From Anolis carolinensis (lineage: Eukaryota): a stretch of 64,000 nt of DNA. Location: contig NW_026943819.1 in the NCBI RefSeq assembly GCF_035594765.1, positions 1,426,001 to 1,490,000 of the forward strand, given 5' to 3'. This document shows positions 23,101-35,100 of the stretch, in pieces. Made by a program: the position numbers and the translations under genes. The notes under the pieces are model-generated. The model saw nothing but the letters and a program-made list of their open reading frames with translations. It was not told the origin of the DNA and searched no databases. Position 1 is the stretch's first letter, and every line of letters begins with the position of its first letter.

Positions 23101-26100
23101 AGACGCAGCGCTTCCGGGCATCCATCGTGCTCCAGTACACCCGGGAGCACCTGCGGAGACACCCCAAAGGCGTGTGCGGCAAAGAAGTGCACAGGGCAGC
23201 GGCAATAGGACCTGACACCTGCCCACGCTTTATTTTTGGGCTCAGAGCCCCTTTGGGAAAGTGCCCAGCAACTACTTGGGGATGAGGCTGTACTTACTGG
23301 TAGCCAATGGGGAAGAGCTTGTCTTCACAATCTGAGAGGTCATTCAGGATCCCGAGGCAGTCGATGGTCATTGAGCCTGCATGGAATCGGCCCAGGAGAG
23401 GTTATGTCAGGGCTGGGAAGGGGCCTCGTGCCCCTGCAGCCCTCACCAGGGACCAAAGCCTTACCGATCATCATGTGGATGTTCTCCGGCTGCAGGCCAT
23501 TCAGAAACCGTCGCCTCAAACTGATCCCTTCAAAGTCCACAAAGACTCTTCTCAGGACCTCAAAGCCATTCTCTGGCACCACCTGCACAGGCAGACAAGA
23601 GAAGTCCGGACAGCTGAAGAGCATGCTGGGCAAAGGGACCCAAGCGGAGTCTGCTTGCCAAGGGCAAGAATGGGGCGCCTGCTCACCTCCCCTTTGATCA
23701 GGTCCCGGTGGCGTTGGCAATACACTTTCTTGTCCTCCAGGAAGATGCAGTTCTTGGCCCGGGAGCACATGAAGTGGTAGTTGCTTGTGCAGGAGGTCAG
23801 GCAGCAGCCCACCGTGGCCCCAGGCCTCTGGCAGAACTCACATCTCTGCAAGACAGGTTTCAGTGTTAAGGGGAAAAGAAATGCTTCGATGGAAAGGACA
23901 TGGTGATCCAAAGTAGAAGGGGACGACTGTCCGTTCCAAAGGAGTCAGCCAATGGTAACGTGAGAGAAGGGCTACTGCACAGTAGGAGTTTGGGGATCCC
24001 TTCCCATTTTGCATGCAGAGATCTTATATTTGGAGACTCAAGAAACACAAAGCACATGAATCCCCATGTGCTTCCTTGTTAACAAGTGGGAGAGGGCCCT
24101 ACTGTTGCTGCTTTAGAAATTCATGGCCATGATTCCCATAAACCCTCCTCCACTCACCAGCTGCTTCCCGCGGATCAGGGCCATGTGCACGTTCTTCAAG
24201 GAGCCGCCGTCATCCTCAAACACCTCCGCTGACCACAGGGCGCAGTTCACGTGGGCCCACTCGTTCTGGCCGACGTAGAGGAGCCGCCCGGCATCCTGAA
24301 GGAGACAGAGTGGAGCCTGGGTCAGCTGGGCAGCGAAGGGCAGGCCTTGGAACTGGGGGCCGCCCACCGTTCACCACAGGCCCCTTTCTTGGCACAGCAC
24401 CACTTACGTTTCCCCCGTCATCGCCATACTTCAAGCAAAGCGCACACTGCCGGTTGTCTTCCACATCTGGAGGAGGGGCAAGGTCTGGGCCGTCCTCCTG
24501 GGTTCTGTCGGGATCTACAGAATAAACAACACAAGAAGAGGAATGTGCCCATCCTGACCAGGGAGGAAGAGGAGGAGGGAGCTGGGAACTGGATGCTGAA
24601 GACAGCAATTGCCAAAACAGGAAGGCACTTCCAGGGCCTTGCTCAGTTTTGCTTTTTTGAAAACCAAACACAAGCAGTGATGCAGCACCAGAGGGAGGGA
24701 AGCCACCTTCAGCCAGACCCCTGGGCAGCAGCTGGATCAATGTCAGAAATATTAAAAATTAACTAGGTATTTTTAATTACAAAGATGTGAGTCAAGCACT
24801 GAAATTGATGCAATGACTCTGCAAAAGATACAGTTCAATATAAGTAGGTGTGCCTGTAGCTTAGTAGGCCTCAGTGTGAGAGAGGCCTCGGTGTGAGAAG
24901 GCCTCTGTGTGAGAAGTTTTGGTGAGAGAAGCTCCAGTGTGAAGGCTGCTTTTTTTAAAGCTACTGTGTGAAGCTCCTGTGTAAGTTTGGTGTGAGAGGA
25001 GGCTCTGCATGGAAAAGAAGCCCAGTGTGGAAGCAAAGAAGGAAGTATAAAGAACTTAATTTGTGCTATGAAAACCTTGTTCTTGTAAATAGCACAACCA
25101 TATTATTTCACTATAAAGAAAAGCCTCCAAAGGAAGAGATAACATCGGTCTGTGCGATTTTGTTCTTTGTATCTCTTTTGGCTACTGGTGCTGAGCCATG
25201 CTGCTGCTAATAAGTTACTCTGCGGTGCATTCATGGGGAGGGCCTTTTGCTAATAAGCCCACTCGCCCAACAATCATGTCATAAGCCCTCAGACAGGCCC
25301 CAATGCTAAATAGATTCCCAGATGCCCCACTGCTGCCCCGTAGAGCCCTTATTCCTTACTGGTGGACAGTGGTGTTGGTGGAGGCATCGGGGTTGGGGAG
25401 TCCGGCTCTCCAGGCCCCTTGGGCCGCGGGGCAGGAATGATCTTCTTCATCAAGGGAGGCTGCTGGGCACAGCTGTTCTCCTCACGCTCCTGCCACTGAG
25501 CGTAGTTGTGGTCGAGCGACGGGGGCAAGACGGCGTTCGGCAGCATCCCACTGCTGAAAGGTACCGAGAGAAGGGAGAACCGGAGGGGGGGGGGGGATCA
25601 GGCGAGCCCCTCCTCACTCCGGAGACACAAGGGATCTTGCAAAGGACAGCATCCCAGAAGCAAAAGACTGTGTCTCAAAAGCCAGCTCTCGCCTTGCTTT
25701 CAAAGCACGAGAGCGGCGGCATCCCCAAGACCACCAAAGTTGCTTACTTGGGTGTAACTTTATTGGGTTCCCAAAATCTTGATTTCTTTACGCTGAACCA
25801 CGGAAACACACGCTCCATTTGCTAAACAGGGAGGGAAAATAGTACTTGACAAGATGTGTGACCAAATATTCTCGAGAAAGATGCAAATTTACATCCAGGC
25901 CAATTTATTAGGGGCAAAGTTAGGCCTTAAATTGCTTCCCAGGCAGCAAGGAAAGACTTAAACAGAAATAGGGGGACACTGAAGCCCTGGCATCGCATGC
26001 TGGAGGAAGGGCTGAACCGTCTCACCCGGATAAAGAAGGACTTCACCATGCCGTTGGCCTTCTTCAGCTCCGGCTGCCCTCCGTCCGCATTGATGGCGGC

Positions 26101-29100
26101 TTGAACGATCTTGACCACGTCATCACTGAAGTCCAGCTGAGTGAGAGACACAGGCTGGTCACACCAAATGAAATACGCGAAGAGAGGCCAAGGGAGCTGG
26201 GCACATTCAGCCTGGTGAAAGGACGTACCACAGAAGTGTAGCCTCCTTGGTCCATTTTCTTCTTCATGCTCTCCAGGTCCCGAAGCTGCTGCTCCTCCTG
26301 CTTGCTGACCTCGGTGAGCACCGGCGGATCCGGGCCTTCGGGAGAACTGCGGGAGGGGACGCTCTCCTCCGTCTCCGGGTTCAAGTCGGGGGGTTTGGCT
26401 GCCTGGAGACGGGACAGAGAAGAGGCAGAAGCCGCTCTGAATCTATCACCGAGCGCCTTTCTGTATTGGCTTGCCCCATACAGAACGCTCTTGGGAGACA
26501 CCAGAGACCACTTAAGACGAGGCACGGGACTAAGGGTTGGCTGGTATAGGAAGGGGTGTTCCATAGCTCCCTTCACCCCACACATTATTTGCATAGGACA
26601 CTAATTCCCCAAGAGGTAATGGGGTGTTCTCCTCTGGGTGTCTTTTAAGCCACCTGCTGCTGGGGGTGTTTCAGTTGGAGATCCTGCACTGAGCGGATTG
26701 GATGGCCTCTAGAGGCCCATTTCAGAGATGGATTCCCAGCAGATCCTGCTAAAGACAGACAGTTGGGTCCCCGTTTCTTCTGAGCTGTTGCTCTACAACA
26801 GACATGCTGCTTATTCGACAAATCCGAAGAGGAACGCTCCACCCAAAGCCCTCCATCTCACTCTGGGACCTTCCCAGCAGCCCCGCGGGAGGGGGGTTCA
26901 GCCCACCTGTCGGTAGCGCAGCAAGTGGCTGGTTGTCCTGGAGTTGAATAGGGCCGCCAAGATCTGCTTCAGGGAGAGCTGCAACTCCTTCTCCAGCGCC
27001 AGCCGCCATTCTGCCGGGTGCTGCTCCGTGCAGTTGATGCAGGTGTAGGCCACGCTTTCTGGCAGGTTGGAGAGGAGCTCGTACATCTCGTCTGAAGGGG
27101 GACGGGACAAGCGTTACGTTACGGGCACCAAATGCCACAGTCAAGGGGTGGGCAGGCGGTGAATGGACTCAGATGCAACTCTGCAGCTGAATAAAGGGGG
27201 CTGGAGGGGGGCCTCCCTCACCAGAGAGGTTTTCACACTTGGAGTGGACCCAGCGGTCGCACTTCCCGCACTGCATCATCTTGCTCTCGTAGTCGTCGTC
27301 ATCGTAGCATTTGTCGCACAGAGGGCAGAAGTTCCCTGCAAGGGAGGCAAAGGTCTGAGCTCGCTGCCACAAAGAGATGCCAATTAAAAGGCCAGGGAGA
27401 CAGTCATGAAAAGGCAAGAAGATAATGGGCAGGCCGGGGACACTTTGCTCACTATCCTCCCGTTCTGGGCAGAAGGTTTGTTGCCTTTCCCTGGGCAACT
27501 GGACCTGCCTCTCCTCACCTTTAGCGAAGAGTTTGGCACAGTCATGACACAGAGAGAAGTCATGGGACCACTGGGCATCCCACCCCTTGCCCGGCGTCGT
27601 TGCCCCACAGCTCTTGCAGCGGACGCACTTGGTGCAGATCTGGAAAGAAGGATAAAAAGGCTTCTGTGCTCACAACAAATAGCCACAGGTGGGTTTGTCC
27701 CCTACCCTCCTCAACGGCTGAAAGAAGTAATTGGATAAATGCACGAAATACCATGGAGGCTACTATAGTCTCCAGAGAAGGGAGGAAGCAAGGAAGTGCA
27801 GCTCAGGGACACTCACCCAGACCTTCTTCTTCTTGGTGGGCTTTGTGGGGTAGTTTGGTCCCAGGCACTCCGGGTGATAGCTGTTTCGGCACTTGTTGCA
27901 CTCCAGAAGTTGCTGCAGAAAGCACCGGAGGCGGCAGTCACCCGACTGGGCCAAGAGCCAGATCCCCAGTGCCAGCAAAGGGCAGCTCAAGCCACCAAGG
28001 GACAGGGAACCTCCCTGGCGCCACTCGGGAGGTGGCCAGAGCGCCTCCTTCCCAGAAGCAACCCCCAGGATGCCCTGCCACTACCTTGGTGGCCTGGTGC
28101 TGCCTCCCACAGACGTGGCAGAACTTGCAACGACGGCAGCACCAGTTCTCCAGCTGGTCCTCCAAGGGCCGCTCGCCGTCCTCCAGGCAGAACTTGTGGA
28201 AGGGCTCACAACACACCTGGCAATACACAAACTGCAGGCCAAGGGGAGGGGTGGTCAGCTGAGCACACAGGCTTGCTTTCAGCCTCAGCATCTGACCCAG
28301 CTCCCCCAGGCTGAAGGGTCAGGCAAAGCTCACCAGCCTGCCCTGAGAGTCTTCACAAAGGGCTCCAACCTGCTTTCAAGCTCATAAGCCTAGGATCATC
28401 CACTCTGGAACTGCCTGAAGTGGGTGGTCAGCTGGACCCTTACCTCCACGTGCCCACTGCTGGCACACAGGAAGCAGACCACCCGGGGCGTGATCGGAAC
28501 AGAGGTCAGGATGCTCAAGCCGCCCATTTCCCAAATGCTCTCAACCTCACAGTCTTCCTGAGGAAAACAAAGGCACGGCTATGAGGAGAAGGGGAAAGAG
28601 GAAATCAACTCAAGAGGCACTACAACAGCAAAGGTCCTGCAGATGTATCCCCCAGTTACCTTGAAGTCCACTCGGATGGTGTGGACGCGGTCTGCCAGGG
28701 GCTTCTGCCTAGAGATGTTGCCGCTTGGTAAAGCGCTCAGGGCACTGGGGACGCTGCTTTCTGGCCGGGCAGTTGGCGGAGGAGGCTTTTCCTGAAGGGC
28801 CGGACAAGAGAGAGATCAGCCTGGCTGCCTTTAGTTCATTTCAGATCAAAGCAGAACAGCAGCTCACCTTTTCTTTCAGCTTCTGTTTTGCCGGCAAAGT
28901 TGGACGAGGAGTGATTTTCTTCTGTTTGCTTTGCTCTATAGCTACAAAGAGGGTGGAGGGGGGAGAACAGTGGGTTACAAGTGTAGTCAAGAGGAACAAG
29001 ATTTGAGGAAACCAAGCAAGCCTGCCACTGTTATTGATGACAGGACTTGCTGCCCATTTGTGCCCACTGCCCACCAGCCGTCTCTTCCCGTGGAAAGAGT

Positions 29101-32100
29101 GCCCGGGACCTTCCCAGTTCGGACCCTTGCTTCCTGGCTGTGCTGACAGGAAGGCATACCTGCGTCTTGTGGTGGGGCTGCCTTCTTCTTGGGCTCCGCA
29201 GGGACAAGGATTTTGGGGGCTTCCTTCTTCGGTGGGCCTGGGGCTAGGGCTGGGACAGGGGGCGCTGGAGCGGAGGGTGCTGCCTGCTTGCCAGACTTCC
29301 TGGTGACGGAAGGCAGGGCCGGCTTGGGGTCCGGGAGGGTCGGTGGCGGCCCCTCCTCGCCCTTCTCCTCGCTGGGCTTCCGGGCCACCGGGTCGCTGGC
29401 CCTTCTGGGGGTCTGGCCCTCTTTTGGTAACGGGGGCTGAGCGGGGGCCGCTTTCTGCCCAGGCTCCGACTGGCCCTTCCCTGCCTGGCTCTCCTTCTTC
29501 TCGTTAGGCTTGGACCTCTTCTCCTTCCTCTTGGCGGCTGCAGGGCAAGGAGGCAGCTCAGAGGCAATGGGAGAGAGCTGATGGGGGAGAGGGAGCCATG
29601 CCTTCCCTCCCCAGCTTCCACGGCAGCAGTAATCCCTACCTTTGGCTTGCTTCTGAAGGTAGGCTTTGGAGGGCATCCACTGCAGGTTCTGACACTTCCT
29701 CATCCTGGGAAAGGAAAAGGAGGGAGAATACATGGAGCTCATGCTGGGGGCACCTCCGAGAACCTTCTGCATCCTCTATCCTGGAGGTTCCTCCAAATAG
29801 GGAAAGGATGGGTAGGGAAGGCTCCCCCAAACACACACACACACAGTCACTTACTTGCAGCATTGCTTCTTTATGTTGCGGCCACCAAACTTTGGCTTGT
29901 CCAGGCAGTTTGTGCAGACGCCGCAGTCCTCGGGGACCTGGCACCCCGGACACTGCCCACAGCGCCTTGACCGCCTGCCCTTTTTCACAGGGGGCTCCTG
30001 GGGGGCCTTGTTCCTGGTGACTGGCTTGATGGGCTTGATGGGTGGTGCCGGGGGCTCGGCATCTTCGGAACCAGCAATGGAGGACTTGTCTGCCAGAAGA
30101 AAGGCCCGCCTTGAGTGAGCGCGAGCAACGGCACTGGGGTGGGGGACAGCCCTCACCCTCCATCTCCTGGCCCCTCGTGCCCCACTGCTTGCTTACCGTC
30201 ATTCCCCATGGAGGAGAGAATCTTCTCCCGCTCCTCCCATGGCAAGGCACTCAGGGTGGGCATGTCGTCCGGGAAGACCGCTCGCTTGCGTCCCAGCGCG
30301 ACAGCCGCCCTCCTGCAGACGTGCTTTATGCGTGGCCCTCGCACTGAGGCCTCCGAGGAATCGCTCTCCTGGCCCTGGAATGAAAGGATAGGCAGCGGTC
30401 AGAAGGGGCACCCATCTGGAACCAGGCCCATCAGCCTCCCAAGGGCTCTCTTGGCCACAGCCCTCCTCTTGTGCCCTGAAATCATGCAGGACGGACCCGG
30501 TGCCCCCCGCCCCCTTCAAAGCCCAGTTTGGGGCCAATACCTTGGGCTGCTCCGCCTGCTTGAGGGACTTGCTCTTCTCGATCTTGTACAGCTGGGCTTT
30601 GGCTTTCTTCAGGAGGCTGGCCACCCTCTTGTCGGTCACGGGGATTTTGTCTGCATGGGCCAACACGGAGCTGATGGAGGCATGCTTGAGGCCGACGGAG
30701 GAGAGGCGCGGGGACTCCTCCTTCTCCGCCAAGGGAGCAGCAAGGCTGAGATCCAGGCTGGGCTTCTCTAAGGCCCCTCGGCCCTTCTTGGGCGCTTTGC
30801 TCTTGGCCACGGCAGAAGCAGAGTCTACCAGAACCACGGCAGGGGTGTCCACTGCCAAATCAGGTGCTGCTGGTGCCACCTTTTTCCGTCCCACAGGCCT
30901 CTTCGCAGAAGAGGAGACAGCCACTTCTTCGTGGGCGGTGGTCTTTCCTTTGGCCACACGCGCCAGCGGGAACAGAGCCGAGCCGCCCTGGGCCTCCGGG
31001 GCCTTCTTCCTCTTCTCTTTCCGGGACTCCCGCTTGTTCTCCTTTTCCCGCTCCCGGTCTCTCTCTCGGCTCCTCTCCTTCTCCAGACCTCGCTCGCCAT
31101 CTTTATCTTTGGATGGATCACTGATGGTTTTGTCCTTGTTTTTGCCCCTCTCTGTCTGGGAAACTGGGGTGAACCACGGAAAGAGGGGAGCGGAGCTGCC
31201 GGAGAACGGCTCGGAGGAAGCGCCCGCCTGCTTCCGCGGCCTCTGGCTCTTCTCCACTTGCTCTCCCGGCTGAGAGAGTGAATGGGAAGGGAACGCGAAG
31301 GTGGAGTTTAAGGCACTGGTGGCGAGGGACCCCACGGAGATGTTGGTTAAAGAGGAAGAAGACGACGGAGGAGGGAGAGAGGACAGCTCTGAGGTGGTGA
31401 GCCGCCCGCTCCTCGTCCTCATGGAGTGCGACGGGGACCTGGGTTCGGACCGAATGGGGCTGAAGACCCTCCGCTTCCGCCTCCTTGAAGAGCCGGCAGC
31501 CACCACACCGCCAGAGGCACTACGGCCTACGGAGGAAGGCAAGGTCACAGACTCGAAGATGCGGGAATGGGCCTCGCTGGGGGTAAAGCGGGGGGCGCGG
31601 AGCAGGGGGCTCCTCTTGTGCAGGTCGAACCGGGATCCTGAATGAAGAGGGGAGAACAAGTGGGCCGGGGCTGCTGCTCCGGAGAAGCCGGAGGCGAAGC
31701 CGACGTCCTCAGGGGTCAGCGGCGGGGGCCGGAAGTTGTCGAAGATGGGCTTGCGGATGAGGCCTTCTTTGGCATACTTGGCTGAGGAGAAGTACTGGGG
31801 CTCGGCGCGAGAGTGCTTCAGGGAGGTCCAGCGGAAGGTGGGCTCCCGGAGGATGGACTTACGCTTCTCCTGCATTGAACAGGAGGCGGCAGCAGCGCCG
31901 GGGGGCAAGAAGGCGGGGGCCAAGGGGATGGCGGGGGGCATGAGCCAAGGGGGGGCGTGGTCTGAGAGGCCGGCCGGGGGCTGGAGGGGTGGGGGAGGGG
32001 AGAGGAGCGGCGGGGGAGGGGAGGATGAGGAAGAGGAGGGGGGCTGCGAGGGCGGTAATGGCTGAGGGGGCTGCTGCTGCTGAGGGGGCTGTTGAGGGGG

Positions 32101-35100
32101 CCCCACGCCTTGGAGGCCGGGCAGTTTCTTGGCCGCTTTGGGTCCAAAGCCCCCTTCGGCCAGGGAGAACCTCCTCCTGCGCCTCCGCCGCCGCCTCCTC
32201 TCTCCGCTCCCGTTTTCCGGCAAAGGGGAGGCAGGCGGCGAGGGCTGGGCCTCTTCCGGAGTGTGGCCCCCTTCTTCGGACAGGGCCCCTTGCGCCTCCT
32301 CGGAGGCCTGGGAGTCGGAGGAGGTGTCCACGCTGGGGCTGCTGGAGCGTGAGGAGGAGCCCGAGGAGCCCTGGGAGGAGTGCTGGGAGGCGCCGCTGGA
32401 CTTCTCGCTGGATTCGCAGGAGGTGGCGCTGAAGCGGCTGTTTGGCGTGGACTCCAGGCGCGCGATCTTGATGGGCGGGTCGTAGTCCTCGTCCTCGATG
32501 AAGCGCTTGGGGGTCTTGATGATGCGCGAGGAGATGGCACTCACCACCGGCATGATGAACTGCCGAATGTTCTTCAGCTGGGTCCGGCCCTTGCGCCCCT
32601 GCAGCTTGGCCGCCTCCTTCTCGATCTTCTTCTGGGCCCCCTTCTTGGCCCGCTGCAGGAGCTGCTTGGCAATGGCGGCATCCGTCCGCTTGGAGGAGGG
32701 GATGATCCTCACCGGGCGGCGGGGGCTCTGACGGACAGCCTTCTCGTCCTTGGGGAGCGGGAGCGCCCCTTCTTTCTCCTTCCGCGCCCGCTGGCTCTTC
32801 TCCAGCTGGGAGCCCACCTCCAGGGCTACTGTTGTGGCTTTCAAGGCTCTCTCTGAGGAGGGCGGCCGTCCCCTCCGGCGCACTATTTGGACCCCCTTCC
32901 TCCCGATCTGCAGTTTTCCAGCTTTGAACTGAGACTTCAATGGGGAGAGTTTGCCTGCCCTCAGCTTCTTGATTTTCGCCGCGTGGTGGAATGCTGCGGA
33001 TGGGGTCCGCTTGATTTTCTTCAGGTTCTCTTTTTCTTCATGGCCTCCCTTCAGCGCCTCTGGGAGCCCCTCTTTGTCAGAGAGCTTGAACTTCACGCTG
33101 CTGAGGGCCGGAGGCCTCCCTCGCCGCTTTTCAACACCTTTCAGCTCCTTCTTCGCTTTCTCCATCAAGGTGGGCTCTGGTTTGCTCAAAGGTGGGTATG
33201 CAGGCAACGACTCTGGCAGCACAACAGAATTTTGATCCGAGGTGCTCCGGGGCCTCCCTCGAGGTTTGCGTGCGCCGGCCTTGGCTGCAATTGCAGAAAA
33301 GAAAGGAGAAATACTCATTTGTGTATTCATTGAAAGCAGTGGCCACCAGAGCAGTAGGTATATGTGAAGATGGCAACATGGCAGGAGGCACGACGTACCT
33401 GTGGGAGACTTGGCGGGACTCTGCCCTTTGGACTCTGCCCTTTTGGCATCGTCTAATCCAAAGCCTAGGAACTGCTCATCCTGCAAAGAGAGAGCAAGAC
33501 AGGTCAAAGTTAAATTGGACGAGAAAGTAAAGCACAGACTAGAATGAGGCATGAGGTTTTTAGACAAATGGATCTAATTTACTTATGTTATAATTTTTAT
33601 AATGTATTTTAATGATGTATTTTTATAGTTTTAATTGGTTATATGTACTGTTTTTTGTTTTATTATTATGTTCTTGGCATTAAACGTTGCCAACTGTGTA
33701 AGCCGCCCTGAGTCCCCCCGGGTGAGAAGGGCGGGGTATAAACTCTGGAAATAAATAAATAGAAAAATCTGACAGCTGTACACAAATAAGGGGAAGTTGG
33801 AGGTACCGTCACAAGATCAAGGGACCTCCAAGTGCAAGGAGAGCCCAATGGGCCAAATCCAAATGCCACAGAGGAAATGAGACAGCTCCCCATGATAGGG
33901 GCTCTTAAGAAGCCCTAGAGGGCCTACTGCTTGCGAAGAGCAAACAGCTGCACAGGGGCCACAAGTTGGTGTCCTCCTTTCTGTCTCCTTGATACAGGCA
34001 CAAGAGCATTCCTGGCTTCTTGGAGGATGACTCCTTTGGCACAGGCCAGTGTAATTCTACAGTTCACACTGGGAAAACACTCCCTAAGACCCACCACAGG
34101 GATCCTTAAGCGTTGCAGGGTCGTCTGTCTTAATGGGCAAATCTAAGTCCCACCAAATGGTAAGCTGCCCAAGCCAACAGAACCACGGACAGTTCCTCCA
34201 CTCCCGGATCATGCTCACTCCAGCTACGGTGGAAAAAAAGGCCCTGTAGTATGGTTTGGATTACATGTGCAACAGCACAGGTAGTAGGAAGAAGACTGCA
34301 GATGGTCTCTGACACTTTTGATAAATATCCCATGGATCACAAATATGTGTGTGTCTGGCGTAATGTTCCTGGCTTACCCTGTTTGTATATGTTTCTTTTT
34401 CTCAAAAGGGAACACAGAGAATGACAATCCACGTCCGCAGTGTGAAGTGGAGGTGAAGCCCACCTGGCCACCTCTGCTGTTTCTGCCCCGTGTTGCAGCT
34501 GGGCCTCTTGCCCCACTCAAGGGTGGAGCAAGGCCCTTGGTTCAAGCCCTAGCACCGCTGCTGAACAGGGGCAAGGGAAGGCAAGCGCCCCAAGCCTGAC
34601 CAAGGGACCAATGGCATGGCTTGGAAGGAAGGTTGTCCCTGTAGCACGGCGAGGGAGCCTGGAAAGCTTACCTGGAAATGATTCAGACTGTTCCTGAGAT
34701 CCATGGAGAGGCTATGTCAAAGGCCAGGGCTACCTTCGAGGAGGAAGGGGAGGAGGCAGCACAGTTTGTGTAGGGAAAGCACAGGATTGGGAACCAAGGG
34801 ACGAGCCTAAGGCATGCGGGACGACTGCCCCAAACCGCACTCCCACCTTAAGGACGAGCTTTGTGCTGTTTCTCTGGTCTGCAGCCCTGGCCACCGACCC
34901 TCGACCCTCAGCAGAGACCCCAAAGCCCTGCCGCCTCCGGCCTGGTACCTCTGCCGGCCCAGGACCACCTCCTCCCCCCAGGATTCCAGCTGCCTTTGCA
35001 GCCAATCACTGCCTGGCATGAGCCCCACGTGCAAATCAGCTGACAGAGGGAGGGAGGGGCTGGAGAAGAGGCATCCCCTGCTCAGGAGGAAGCAAAGGGG

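Noticed and set aside
17800-33400. Numerous plus-strand and alternative-frame ORFs overlapping KMT2A exons (likewise over UBE4A)
   Set aside because: Shadow ORFs expected from high GC3; no independent homology or promoter/splice support
33285-33567. ORF-track N-terminal extension of KMT2A exon 3 as an alternative start
   Set aside because: Non-ATG start, and the ORF runs through canonical intron 2 (114 nt, by chance stop-free); true exon 1 with the menin motif is at 40072
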